Part shown: one piece after another, positions 26,064-41,285 of the stretch
How the letters are laid out: the number at the start of each line of letters is the position of its first letter
How positions within the stretch are numbered: the first letter of the stretch is position 1
From: the human T2T-CHM13v2.0 reference genome, Homo sapiens
Assembly: GCF_009914755.1 (NCBI RefSeq)
Contig: NC_060934.1
Reading direction: 5' to 3' (one strand)
DNA: 64,000 bases
The notes under the pieces: model-generated
What the model was told of the DNA's origin: nothing
What the model saw: only the letters and a program-made list of their open reading frames with translations
Database searches by the model: none
Made by a program: the position numbers and the translations under genes

Positions 26064-26845
26064 TGAAATGGGAAAAGTTCCCTTTTCCCCGTCGCAGGGC
26101 GTGCACTGGAGGTGTGCTCGCTTCTTCGGTGCCCTGCTGTTCAAACCTCTAGGGGAACATATAGATAGGCAGGCTGTGGGGCTCCAACCCCATGGCCATG
26201 TCTATGGGTGAATGTTTACAGCTGAAGCCTCAGTGGGCTTGTGTTACAGGGTACTCTTAGTTTAGCCATCCGTAGGCGGCTTGTATTCATCAGCTCAGTT
26301 AGACCCCTGCCTTATTTCAAGGACAGGGGGCCTTCTGTATCCCAGGGTTCTTGCCTTGATGTACTGGAACAATCAGATGACACGTTGGCTTGGATAATGA
26401 TTGCAAGCTTTTATAGAGTGGAAGTAGCTCTCAGCAGATGGGGGAGCCAGAAGGGAAATGGTTTTGCCCTGGTGTCAGGTTGCCCGATTCTCCTCCAACC
26501 TCCCTGGCCAAGCTCTGCGTCATTCTGCGAATCGATGGCCTGCCAGCTGGCCTGCCAGCGTGCTGGTGTACTCCCACGTCGATGTGTTCCTCTTGACATC
26601 CAGCCACCTGTGTGTCTGCCTGCTAGGGTCTCGGGGGGTTTTTATAGGCACAGGTGGGGGCGTGCTTTTATAGGCACAGGATGGGGGTGTGGTGAGCCAG
26701 GGTGGTCTTGGGAAATGCAACATTTGGGTAGGAAAACAGAAATGCCTATCCTCACTTAGGTCCGTGGGCCCAGGCCTGGGGATGGAGCCCTAGCAAGGGA
26801 CCACGCTCTCCTCTACGCAGCACTTCCCTGCCCCGCTTTGTATCA
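26064..26845 (-). mobile_element. ERV1-class solo LTR (MER50-like) inserted in L1 ORF2
   Basis: TG...CA termini with 4-bp TSD CTTT (26060-26063 / 26846-26849); L1 sequence resumes on both sides. Confidence 0.8.
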
Positions 26846-28690
26846 CTTTATTTTCAGTTTAATAATTTCAATTGTATAGGAATACATACAATTGATTTTT
26901 GTATATCGATCTTGGATCCTGCTACCTTGCTGAGCTCATTAGTTCTAATAGTTTTTTAGTGGTTTCTTTAGGACTTTCTGTGTACAGGGTCATGTCATCA
27001 GCAAATAAAAATAGTTTTACTTCTTTTTCCAATCTCTGGATGCCCTTTACTTTTTTCTCTTTCCTAATTGCCCTGGGTAGGGCCTCCTGTACAACGCTGA
27101 ACAGAAGTGGAGAGACGGGAAATTCTTGTCTTGTTTCTGATCTTAAGGGGAAAGCATACAATCTTTCACCATTAAGTATGATGTTAGTTGTAAGCTTTGT
27201 AGATGTCCTTTATCAGGTTGAGGAAGTTCCATTCTGTTACTAGTTTTTGAGTGGTTTTTATCATGAAAGGTTTTAGGGTTTTTTTTCTTTTGTCTATTGA
27301 AATGATCATGTGGTTGTTGTTATTACTGATGTGTTACATTAATTGATTTTTTGGGATGTTAAACCAACTTTGCCTTCCTGGTATAAGTCCTGCTTGGTCA
27401 TTGTGTATAGCTTTTTTAAATATATTGTTGGATCCATTTTGTTAATATTTTGTTGAATATTTTTGTATATATATTCATAAGATATTGATCTGTAGTTTTA
27501 TTATCTTGTACTATGCTTGTCTGGTTTTGGTATTGGGATAATACTGGCCTCATAAAATCAGTTAAGAAGTATTCCCTACTGTTTTGTTTTTTTTGAAAGA
27601 GTTTGTGAAGAATTGGTATTCTTTCAATGTTTGGTAGAATTCAGTGTAAAGCCACCTAGGCCTAGACTTTTCTCTGTGGATAGTTTATTATTATTATTAA
27701 TTCAATCTCATCTCTTGTTGTAGGTGTCTTCTGATAGTTTGTTTCTTATTAAGTCAGTTTCAGTAGGTTGTATCTCTTTAGGAATTTGTTTCATCAAAGT
27801 TATCTAATTTGTTGGTGTACCCTTCCTTGTTCATAGTATTTCTTTATAATCCTTTTCATGTAATGTCAATAGTAATGTCCCCTCTTTTATTTCTGATTCT
27901 TGTAATTTGTGTCTTCTTTCTTTTTATGATGATGGTCAATCTAGCTACAGTCTTGTCAATCTTGATCTTTCCAAAGAATGTGATTTTAGCTTCATTAATT
28001 TTCTTTGTTCTTCTATTCTTTATTTTATTTTCACTTTAATCCTTATTGTTTCCTTCTTCCTGCTTAGTAATCTGAGTAATCTGCTCAGATTAGTCTGCAT
28101 GCTTTAGGTTTAGTTGGCCCTTTTTGTTTCCAGTGTCATGATTATAGATTAAGTTACTGATTTGAGATCTTTTTCTTAATATAGGGATACAGCTATAAAT
28201 TTCCCTCTGAGCATTGCTTTAGCTGCATCTCATAAATTTTGATATATTGTGTCTTCACTATCATTAATCTCAAATTCTGATTTCTTTTTGACTTCTTTGA
28301 GCCATTAGTTATTTAGGAATGAATTGTTTAATTTCCACATAATTGTGACTTTCACAAATTTTTTCTAATTTCATTACATTGCAGCTGGAAAATACACTTT
28401 GTATTATGTATTATTTCTATCCTTTTACATTTATTGAGATTGTGCTGTTTTTATATGCACATATGTTTGTAATTGTATCTTCCTGATGGATCAATCCTTT
28501 TATCACTATAAAATATCCCTCTTTGGTAACATTTTTTTCTTTGAAAGGCCATTTTGTTTGATGTTAATATAGCTACTCTAGCTTTCTTGTGGCTTGCTGT
28601 TTGCATGATACGTGTTTATCCCTTTATTTTCAAGCTGTTTATATCTGTGAAACTAAAGTGTGTCTCCTGTGGACAGCATATAGTTGGATC

Positions 28691-28730
28691 TTGGTTGGTT
28701 GGTTGGTTGGTTGGTTGGTTGGTTGGTTGG
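28691..28730. repeat. (TTGG)10 microsatellite
   Basis: Direct reading. Confidence 0.95.
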
Positions 28731-29092
28731 TTTTGATCCTGTCTGGCTGTCCATTTCTTTTGATTGGGTTGTTTACTCCAATCACATTTAACGTTATTTA
28801 TTGATATAGTTGGATTTATGTCTGCCATTTTGTCGTGTTATATATGTCTTTTGTTTCTCTATTCCTCCTTTATTGCTTTCTTTTGCATTAAGTGAGAATT
28901 TTCTAATTTATAGCATTTGAATTTCTTTACTGATTTTTTTCATTGACACTGCTTTTACTAGGCTTTTTTGGGTTTTGTATGTGAACTCAGATTACCGTCT
29001 GTGGTCACTGGCTTTCAGCCTGAAATTCTTGTGGTATTTCTTGTAAGGCAAGTCCGCTACCAACAAATTCTCTGTTTGTTTTTTTCTTTGTT

Positions 29093-29122
<30 letters not shown>
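29093..29122. repeat. (TTG)10 microsatellite
   Basis: Direct reading. Confidence 0.95.
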
Positions 29123-29125
<3 letters not shown>

Positions 29126-29961
29126 TTATGGGAATGTCTTTGTTTCTCCTTCATTCTCGAAAGATAATTTTGATAGTATAGGATTCTTTGCTGAAATTTT
29201 CTTTTTCTTTGAGCACTTTGAATGTGTTATCACACTGCTTCTGTCTTCCATTGTTTCTGTTAAGAAGTCAGAATCTTTTTGGGGTTCCTTGTAAATAACA
29301 AGTGTTTTTTTCTCTTGCTGCTTTTAAGATTTTCTTATCTTTAACTTTTGCCATTTTTACTATGATGTGTCTGTCTGTGGATATCTTTGTGTTATCTTAC
29401 TTGAAGTTTATTGAGCTTTTTCCGAATGTGTAGGTGGTTGTTTTTCAATAAATTTGGAGAAGCTTCAGCCATTGTTTCTCTGAAGTTTTTTTCTGCTCTT
29501 TTCTCTTTTCCTCTCTTTCTGATATTCCCATTATGTGTATTTGAAGGGAAATATAGCAAATAAAACAAAATTTTAATGCAAATATTTAAACCAAGCAGTT
29601 CTACCCACAGAAATTTATCTTAAAGTAATGGGCAAGTATACATGGATGTATGTACAAGAAAGTATATCCTAGCACATTTGTGTAGTAGAAAGGTTAGAAA
29701 AAACAGGAGGAGGAAGCTAAATACATTATGATATTCTGTACAGTGAGATATTATAATATACAATTTTTATAACTCAGGTGGAATATATTTGGTATGTTGT
29801 ATAAGATGTATTTGGGATTTTAGGTTGTTTGTTGATACATCTCCTCTATACACCTGTGCAAGTTTCTCTGGGGCAGCAGTTATGTTTTCTATGTAGATAT
29901 TCCCTACAATATGACAGGCCTCTTAACGTCTTTCTCCTCACCTCCCAGTTCTGGGTAGTAG

Positions 29962-30282
<321 letters not shown>

Positions 30283-31421
30283 AGCAAGGGTCTTTCTAAA
30301 GAACCCTAGGTTATACTACATGATTGAGAGCTCAGAACGAGGACTGCTTTTCTGGCCTAGTTTTTTTGATACCAAGTCTGTTCTGGCCTCAGCTTTGATT
30401 TACCTAATTATTTTCTGTCTTCTCCTTTGAGAATGTATATTCTTTTAACATTCTTTTAGACTAGAACCCATAGACAAAGAGTAACGTTTAAAGATTTTAG
30501 GCATTAAAAGCAGTCAGACTTCCTAGGTTCAAATTCTGGCTCTTAAGGACCTTGGGCAAGTTACTTAGTCTCTAAATCTCACTTCATAGTACCTATGTCT
30601 AAGGTCCTGAAAATTGGACACAAGTAATGTTTAAATAATTTTATTTCTGTCTTTCGGGGCCTTAGGGAAAGCCATAGAACTTTACATATCACCCATATGG
30701 CAGAAATATAAATACATACTGATCCTTTTAAGGATTTTATATTTTCCTTTTTTGCAGATTTGAAATAATGCTGTCCATTGGTAGAAAAATAATAGTATGA
30801 CCTATGATCTACCAACAGTGATAAGGCTTACTCTTTGAATTTTGTTTTTCCAGTAAAATTAATTGATGGATTTGTACAGTGGATATCCAGTTAAAGGTAT
30901 AGCCTTAAATCAATTCTTGACAACCCAGGATCTTTATTATTAGTAGTAGTAGTTGCCAAAAATAAAAGGCATGCTCACAGAAGCTTGTAAGGCCATGTGG
31001 TCCCAAATAAGTTGACTATGTTTTTAAATAGTTTATTGAGATATGATTTGTATATCATAACATTCACCCTTTGTAGGTGAACAATTCAGTAATTATCAGT
31101 AAATTTATAGAGTTGTGCAGTCATTACCACAATCCATTGTTAGAACATTTCATCACCCCAAATATCCCTGCTCCCACCCCAGCCCTAGGCAGCCACTGAT
31201 CTGCTTTCTAGCTCTATAAATTTCTATTTTCAGGACATACAAGTGGAATCATACAATGTGTAGTCTTTCTGCTTCTGCCTTCTTTCACTTACATCAGTAT
31301 TTCATTTTATTGCCAAACCATATTCCATTATATGAATATACTACATTTTGTCAACTCCATTTACCAGCTGTTGTACATTTGATTTGTTTCCAGTTTGGTG
31401 CTTTTATGGATAATGCTGCTA

Positions 31422-31803
<382 letters not shown>

Positions 31804-34639
31804 CTACGGTAAACTTACCACTAACATCTTAAGGAATTGCCACACTGTTTCCAAAGAGTACTGGATTGTTAATGATGGAAGCCTTCAGAATTTCTCTTTC
31901 CTTCTGTTACTTGCTGTTGTCATTATCCCCTGTTCCCTCTTCCCTGAATTTGCTGCTGTGGGCAAGGCCTGAGAATTAATGCAGGACATTAGGATGTCTG
32001 GGGTGCTTTGGGGGTGGTGTTTGCTGGTTTCTAGATGCTCAACTGTGTTCTAGACAAGATATTCCAAGATGTATGTATTAGTTGAGACTCTCATGCAGAT
32101 GAGAAAACCCTAGTATGATAGGAGACATAGTGTACATGATTGTCAGAAGTGGAAGAAGAGACAACTCCTTAATAGCAAAGATGCTGAACAGCCAAAACAG
32201 TAGTGGATGTCTACTACATCAGATATTTGACCCAAATAAATGAATTGTTTCTATAATAATTTAGTTTGTTTTTGCCTGATTTGCAAAGAAATTGAGAACC
32301 TCAGTTGCTTGGCACACCCCAAATGTAAAAAGTGTTAACTGCAGAGGATAAATTATACCATTCTTTTTACATGTATGGTATAATTCTTTTTATATGTTTG
32401 GCATTTACAGATTACATTTTTTATTTAATTGGAAAAAATGTTATTTTTAGGATAAGAGTATATGTACAGTGCTTGTCACATAGTAGGCACCCAATAAATG
32501 ATAACATTATCCTTTTTAAAATCTTTTTCTGAAACTCGTTTTCATTCTACATCCATTTTTTATGGTGAATGCATCTTGAGGGTAAATTATGCTTTTAAGA
32601 ATGCTTTTTTCCTGTTGGTAATAGTAATTTTCAATACGTTTTTTGAAAATATTTATAATTTCAGGTCAGGTCTTATCTGGCATGATGGAGGAGGTGGTGA
32701 CACAAATCAGAAACTCTGAAAACATAATTTGGCTTAAGAATGAATTAACAAGATGCTTTTCTTTTGAACAGCAGCTTTATCATTTTAATTATGATTTCTT
32801 TAGACTAAACCTAATTTAGTGTAAATACATTGTTCAAAAACATACCAAATGATATGAAAGGAAAACATTAAAGGCCAAGGAAAATCTACAGGAGTCAAAT
32901 CGGGAACTTAATTTAATACACTAAGCTAATTCCTTAATGTATTAGTTTATTTTATTCCTTAAATGTTGTAATTATTTGGATATATAGAAAAATACATTGG
33001 ATATATGGACAAAAATTCTTGAAAAGGTGGACTGCCACTTTTCGCTCTACATTTCATCCTTTAAGCCCTCCTTTTTAGGAGGTTATTCTGTGTATCTTCT
33101 GGAAAAATAACTTGCAATCTTAATGTTTTATGAAATCATTTTTTTCCCCACAAGGATTTAAAATAGCTATTACATTTTGAGTCTGACGCTTGTGAAAAAA
33201 TGAGTATATGTCTTTCCAAGATTTGTGAAAGTTGGCACTGTCTCACATCCTTTGCGGGCACCATTTGTTTTTTGGGTTCCTTTTTTCCATGGGTATTCAA
33301 AATAAATAGAATCTTGTTATTGAAGTGGGAAAAAATAGCATTACTGTAAAGCTGGTTACAGATACTGCTGGAAAGAATTTTATCATATGATTGGAAATAT
33401 TTTTCCAGTTAACCTTTTAAAAATTCTTAAGAACCATTTTTCTTTCCAGCTTTTAGATGCCAAATGCATTCTGAGGTTAGTGTGGTCATTTCTAGGGAAT
33501 AAAGAAATTAGTAGCTTTGGTTTTGTAATGCTCCCTAATACTTAAACCTGAAAGGAAGTATTTACTGAATATTTTAAGTGCCACAGTTAATGCCACTTTG
33601 TAATGTAGATTTGTATTAGATTTAAAATAACCTGAGACATCATAATTGTTTTTTCTTAAGCCAGTGCCCACTGATGGCTCCTGCTAACCATGTAGCATAC
33701 AGTAGCACCTAATACACTAAGAGTATTAATTCCTAGAGCAGTATTTTTAAGTGTGATCTGTGGACTCATGACAGAGAGGTCCTGTCTTTCCATAATATTT
33801 TACCATTTGTTTATGATAGTAATCCTATGTATTTCTTGATACAAATTATAATTTATTTCAGATGACTTTTTTTGTTTAAATACTTTGTTCCAGGGTTTTC
33901 TCAAGAAAAAAATACCATTTTCTTTGTTGATGCTTGACTTTTCTGCAGTAGCAAGAAAAGATGGAATAATCAGCTTCTTAGATTGTTTTGCGCCACTAAA
34001 GAGGCCGTCAAAAATAGTTTGAGCTCCATGAGTAGTCTTCCTGTGTTTTGATCTTCTCCAAATAATTATTTAGGAAATGTTTGTTTTAAATATCTTAAGA
34101 TCTTTGCATCTAATTTCTGTTAGTGGCATCATATTTTCCCCAGGTCAAGAACCTTGGTAATAACTGAACAGGTTTAGGGAGGAAAAGGGGAAAGTCTTTC
34201 CTGGCAATTTTGACATCGAACCGTCTCTCAAATCAGCTTCTCCTCTCTAATCTTGTTACTGCTGCCAGAGCCCCAATCATCTTTTGTAAGCAATATTAGA
34301 GCTGCCTCCCAACTGAGCAGTCTTGCCTTCTTACAATCCATTGTTCACGTTACTTAAGATTCAATGGCTGCCACACATACTCAAGATCAAGGCCATTCTC
34401 TCTGAGTGCAGTAAGTGAGGCCTTTCATGATGCTTTAGCCCTTCCTTATTTCTTTACTCAAATGTGAGGAACTACTTGCAGTTTCCAGAATGTAACTCAT
34501 TTCACTCCACCTTAATGCTTTGTTAATTGCTATTTTTCTTTCAGATTCAGTAATACTTTGTATTACTTAAGTATTAATTCATCTGTGAAGCTTTCCAGAC
34601 CTCCTCTTTTACCTTATAGCCAGTTTCCTTTGTGTTCCT

Positions 34640-35206
34640 TGTCGGAAAAAAAACAAAAACAACAACAACAAAATTTCTCCTTCATATTTAGCTTAGAAAA
34701 CTCCAGAAGCCCTTGATTTGGTTTAAGCTTGTACATTTTTGCAGGAAAGACACTCATCAGTGGTGTTTCTATAACTTGATGAACAACGACTATGAAGCTT
34801 AAGGATCACATGTATAAACAGACAATGACTTCACAGTCCAAGAAGCCAAATAACTACCATAACAATTGACCTAAAATGTCCAGGACTTCATTAATAACTG
34901 CCAGCTTCCTAATTTTTGTCACACTTCCAATTCATAACCAACCTGTGAAAGCCAGATATACCCCTAACCAATCACAGTAGGATGCCTCCACTTCTAGTTA
35001 GCCTGCCTACAGCTCCACAGGCCAACAGCCTCCATCAGGCCATACCTGAGCCTTCTCTTTTTTCCATTATGAAACTTCACACTCGTCTACCTGTCTTTTA
35101 GTCTCTGTCAAGATGCAAATGACGATAGATGACTCCCTTGTTGTAGCAAGCACTGAATAAATACCCTTTGCTTTTCTCTTTTGGTTGATCTTCATTTATT
35201 TCCACA
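34640..35206 (+). mobile_element. Probable ERV1-class solo LTR
   Basis: TG...CA bounded, CCAAT at ~34968, AATAAA at ~35156; no clean TSD. Confidence 0.55.
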
Positions 35207-36040
35207 AGGAAAAAAATAATGTGTTCATTCTACATTTGTTTACATCTGAAGTAATTAATAATAAATATACTTTATAAACTGCCTTTATCTCTTGTGCTAG
35301 CTATGTTTTTGTAATTTCTACATATTTTATAAACACAGAGGTTTATACTTTATAAACATATGGCGGCTTATATTTTAGAAAGGTGAAGACAGGTTTTGTC
35401 ATAAGACTTTCTTGCTTTATGTGTTTACATTGAATGGAAAAGAAACACAGAAAAATCTTTTAATAGTAAAGAACAAAATTCTAATCACATTTTAATCTTG
35501 AGATCTTTGTCTCAAATGTAGTTATTCATAGCTTTGTATTTTGTTTGTTAAATTGCAGTTTTAAAAAATTAGGGATTTACATGAAATGCAGATAATGTAA
35601 AGTTAGGTTTTGTTAAGAGTATCCTTTTATTTTTGTTTTTTAAAATACTATACGTGAATATGTTGCTAAATTTTTTGCACTTAGGAAGTTTGTTTGCTGT
35701 TTTTTATTTAACCTATTAATATATTTCATGTTTTTGAACTATATGTATGTTCCTAAGGTAAACTCTGTTGAGTTTGGCAAATTACTTTTTAAAATAATCT
35801 GTTCACTAATTTTATATAGGCCTTTTCACTCTAAAGATGCTGAGAATGACCAAAACCTATACCCTGTTTGTTTGTTTTTTATATATATATAGACCATCTC
35901 TCATATTACTAAGATTGAATGACAAATCAGGCCACTTTAAACGGTTTTGAAAGTATGAAAAGTATAGCTTTTTATCTGTTTGATGCTCTATTATGCTAAA
36001 GTCAATCTCTTTATTTATTGTTTGAATTTTCCATTAATAG

Positions 36041-36107
36041 ATGTTCCCTTCGGAGAGGCAGCTCCTTCACATTCTTAACACCTGGCCCCAACTGGGACTT
36101 CACTTTG
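36041..36107 (+). CDS. NET1: NET1 exon 2 (67 nt; (R)CSLRRGSSFTFLTPGPNWDFTL)
   Basis: ccattaatag|A TGT ... TTG|gtgagt; 128+67 nt = 65 codons. Confidence 0.93.
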
Positions 36108-38053
36108 GTGAGTAGATACCTGGGTTTTTATTTCGAGACATTAGATAGAATTAATTCCCTGGTTTCTTTCAGTCTGTTACACAGATCAGTGGTCCTTACT
36201 TCTGAGGGTCTTGAGGAACAGAATTCCTGTAACCATCTTTGGCAGCCTAATTTAGTCCTTTTCTGCTAACAAGCTGTAATAACTTTTTGTTTCAAGTAAA
36301 TATAAAACATATTTTGCAAAGTACTCACATCTATTAATCTTTAACTCTATGCCATCCTTTCTCTTATTCCTTTCAATGTTAAATCTGATAATATATTATG
36401 AAACATGAAATTATTTTTATACATCCTCTACTGCCTTTTTTTCTTGGTTGAAAATATAAAAATGCTTGATTGCACATTGTGTATATATATTTAATATATA
36501 TAATGAATGATTTTCTGCTATTAATCATCTCAGCATAGAGGGACTCTATTATTTTTATAGCAGGACTTTACAGAGGCATTTAATTTTGTGTGAAGTGATA
36601 ACAGAAAATTGATTCTTTTTGTACTTAAAACTTATTAGCTCATAATACATATATAAAGTACGTACAAATAGATCATGATTCTTATGCTTATCTAGGAAAA
36701 ATAGCAAAAGTGATTCAAAATATAATTTCATATAAATGCATAAGTATGATCATATATGTGCTTTTTTCCCCTTAGTACAGTCTAATATTGCTAGGCAGTT
36801 TCCTCCCCGCTTCTTCTCCTTCTCCATATTAGTCCATTCCCAGGCTCTGCTCTAACCATGTCAGCAGTACCATATGTATCCTTCTATATTTTGCTCATAT
36901 CATTAATATACACAAAGAGGCTCACAGATAAATACACAAGCAGGATTTATGGTTAGTTGGCCTTTCAAACCTGGGATCATATTATTCATAATTTTCTGTA
37001 TCTTCTGGGTATGACCTTGGGATCAGTAAAATATTTCTTGAGTTCCAACACCTCCATTCTGATATATATTGTTCTTTCATGTCTTAGATCATTTTCCTAA
37101 TGTCTTTTAGCTCAATTCAAAACAGTGTGTTATAATTTTGCTCTGCTGCTTTGAGCATTTCCTCCTGGTGTGCAGTCATTTCCTAGGGGATAGATTCTGT
37201 TCCTTGTTTTCTTTTTTCATAGAATGATATTGTGTAGAATTTGACTTTGAGAATTTTCTGTTCATTTTAGTGTGAATTTAGTTTTCAACTTGTACACAAA
37301 ATCTTGGTTCAGATAGCTTTTCTGACTTCACAACCCTCCTTCGTGTTGTTTTTTATGGTAGCTTGCTTTCTGAGACTGCCTGGCTCTGTTACTTTCTCCA
37401 CTTCTATCTGGACTTTGCCGTTCCCTTTTTTTTTTTTTTTTTTTTCTTCTCTATTGGCCCTATCTTGTTCAATTTTGATTCAATTCCCAGCAGTTTCTCC
37501 TCACTGTGGGGCCAGGAAGTTGACGGGAACCCTAACTAGTCACTTTTTAAGAGTTACCAAGAAGTAAGCTGTGTAGGTAACCTGAAAAGTTATTTTGAGA
37601 TGTGGGAAAATGAAGTGTTACCCGTGGGTGCTTATTCACTATTAATTAAGTACCAGAAATGGTAGATATGTACACAGTTTTGCCACTACTGGTGCCAGAA
37701 GGGCTGAATGAAAGTGATAAATGGTAAGTGGAAAGTACTCCAGGGACATGGCTGTTCACCTTCTAGTTAATCAATCCTGCCTCAGGCAACAAATCTTAAT
37801 TACTTTGGGCCATGAGAAAAGGATTTTTTTTTTTCTAGTGAAGACCTTGCCCCCAAGATAAATAATGTGTTCCTTTTAAAAAAAAAAAAAAACTAGCTGA
37901 TTTTATATTTAAAAAATTTTTACTTTTTCTCTAACAAGTACAGACAGCCCTTGATTTACATAAGAGTTCTGTTCTGAAAAACTTAAGTAGTATTTTAATA
38001 GGGTAGCCACTTCACAGCAGTGATGACTTAGTCAGGGGAGACTGTTCAGATAG

Positions 38054-38415
<362 letters not shown>

Positions 38416-38551
38416 TCAAAGTAATTTTCTTGTGACTATAGCCAAAGGCTTAACTTTTTTAAATTGATTTTTCTAGTTTTATAGAGTCTTTGTTTTGTGA
38501 GGTAATATGCATTCCTTTTATATGAGAATGAAATCTCTATTTTTCTTTTAG

Positions 38552-38611
38552 AAAAGAAAACGCAGAGAGAAAGATGATGATGTTGTAAGCCTTAGCAGCC
38601 TTGATCTGAAG
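38552..38611 (+). CDS. NET1: NET1 exon 3 (60 nt; KRKRREKDDDVVSLSSLDLK), second NLS
   Basis: ttttcttttag|AAA AGA ... AAG|gtaagc; in frame, bringing the long-isoform-specific N-terminus to 85 aa. Confidence 0.92.
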
Positions 38612-39758
38612 GTAAGCCTTGCTGCCCTGTTAAAGAAAAGCATTTAAAAATATGCAGATAGCATTTTATTTCTGTGCTGCAAGAATAACAAATGCTGGTT
38701 TGGGTTTTTTTGTTTTTTTGTTTTTTGCATTTTGTAAGTGCAAAAGTGAATAATATTAGTTCATAGACACCGTCTTTTTTGCTATTCTACTTCTTTGTTA
38801 AGAATGAGGGAGAAACCACTCTCAAAATGTTAGGCTATAACTACTGATCACAAACACAAATGCTAAGGAGACAGGCTATAATCTGTGCGAAGGAACGAGG
38901 TAAGAGAGGGCCGGTGGTGAAAAGGAGAGCCCCAGGTTCTAGCCCACTGTCACATGTAGGACTGTCAAAACCTGGATTTTTATGTGAAATCTCCTGAATT
39001 TTAAATGTTGAGTCAGTTTTTCTTAAAAAATACATGCAAGCAAAATAACTTATCTGTAAGTCATATGTGGCCCATGGGCTTCAAGGCTTCAAGTATGTGA
39101 CATAGAATAAACTAACACTCAGCACACACTTTAAAATACTTGAAGTTTTCTTATATGAAATTGTACTTAAGTCCAAAAACCTAGTATCTTTGGAATTACT
39201 AACATCATTTTTGCCAGTTAGTAAATTTTACTGTAGCATCTTGGTTTTGGAGAGTCTTTTTTTAAGGTTATAAAAGAGTTGTACATTTTTAAATGTGATT
39301 TTTAAAAATGTTTCATATTATGTTTAACAGCAGCAGCTGCTGTTTCTTTTTAAAGACAAGATATTTTCTAAAAATTAAATTTTTATAATCTGCTCATCAA
39401 CATTTTAACAAATCCAGCAAGTCAATTTTTTTCTTATTTTTAGTACACAGTGTCTTCATAGAAGAATTATGTGTTTTAAGTTGTAAGCATTTTGCAAAAC
39501 AGTTTTAGTTGCATTTAAAATATCTTGTATTCAAAAAAAGAAAAAAGTATGAAATGACAACCTTGATTATTTTTAGGTATGTTTCAAATCAAATCAAATA
39601 CAGAAATAGTATTTGTAGTTTGCCACAGTAAAATACGTGGTCTTCAACTAAGCTTTAGCAGTTATCAATATATGAATTATTTTGAAGTAAATCCTAGATG
39701 TCATGTCCTTTCATCTGTAAATATTCCATTTACTATCTTTATTGTCTTAGATAAAAAC

Positions 39759-40036
39759 TTTTTTTTTTTTTTTTGAGGCGGAGTCTCGCTCTGTCTCCCA
39801 GGCTGGAGTGCAGTGGTGCGATCTCGGCCCCCTGCAACCTCCGCCTCCTGGGTTCAAGAGATTCTCTTGCCTCAGCCTCCTGAGTAGCTGAGATTACAGG
39901 TGTGTGCCACCATGCCCGGCTAATTTTTGTATTTTTAGTAGAGACAGGGTTTTGCCATGTTGTCCAGGCTGGTCTTGAATTCCAGACTCGGCCCCACAAA
40001 GTGCTGGGATTACAGGTGTGAGTCACCATGCCGGAC
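39759..40036 (-). mobile_element. Alu (short internal deletion)
   Basis: Near-TSD CTTAGATAAAAACTTTT / CTTAGATAAGAACTTTT. Confidence 0.9.
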
Positions 40037-40244
40037 CTTAGATAAGAACTTTTTAAAAACATAATAAAATACACTTTCTACAAAACAGTACAAATAATTC
40101 CTTAATATCAGATTCAGTTCAGAATTCATGCATTTTCTTGATCTTGTTTGTGTGTTTTTGTGGGGTTTTTTGTTTGTTTAGGTTTTTTTTGGTTTGGGGT
40201 TCATTTTGCCTGTTTGTAGTCCAAATAAGACACATACATTATGA

Positions 40245-40552
<308 letters not shown>

Positions 40553-41145
40553 TTAACTATATCTCTTAAGTCTCTTTTAGTTCATTGGTTTCCCCTCTAA
40601 CTATTTTCTTGGAATTTTTTGTTGTTGAAGAAACATGTCATGCAGGATTTTCCTATAGATCTTTTTATAGCCTGAATATTTATGATTGCATCCCCATGGT
40701 ATCATTGACTATGTTCCTCTATTCCCTGTATTTCTGACAAGTTGGTAATTAGATCTAGAGAGCTGATCCAGTGTGGGTTTTTTGGGCCATGTACTTACCT
40801 CAAAAAGTATGTAATGCCTTTCTGTGATGCTCTCAAAATGGATGCTCATTGCCTACATGCATTTTTTTCTTGGTGGTTGCAAAGTGATGACATGTCTTTA
40901 TCAGACCTCTGTTTATTAACTGGAATACATCTGTAAAGAGAAAATTCACCTTGTCGGCCATTTGATTACTCTGAAGTTCTGATTTATAATAAAAGCAGAA
41001 CAAGTGCTTGATTCTTTTCCTTTGTCAGTTTTCAACAATAACGAATTCTATTCATTAGCATTCTCTGAAAGTAAGTAATGATTTTTTTTTCTTCTTAGTA
41101 TTATGAACTCATGCATATAAATACTTGTTTTACATGGATTCAGTT

Positions 41146-41285
41146 TTTTTTAAATTTTGTTTTGTAGAAAAGACAGGGTCTCACTATGTTGGCCAGGAAG
41201 GCCTCAAATTCCTAGTCTCAAGCAGTGCTCCTACCTCGGCCTCCCAAAGTGCTGGGATTACAGGCATGAGCCACCACGCCTGGCC
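41146..41285 (-). mobile_element. Alu left monomer / FLAM
   Basis: Single Alu monomer. Confidence 0.8.

Noticed and set aside
26241-26759. 172-aa ORF
   Set aside because: Lies entirely within a solo LTR and has no recognisable domain.
26922-27161. Reverse-transcriptase-like ORF (FADD motif) as a novel RT system
   Set aside because: Fragment of a decayed L1 ORF2, broken by stops and insertions.
34636-35210. Inverted TCCT/AGGA flanks around the LTR-like element
   Set aside because: Only 4 bp with uncertain boundaries; compatible with chance.
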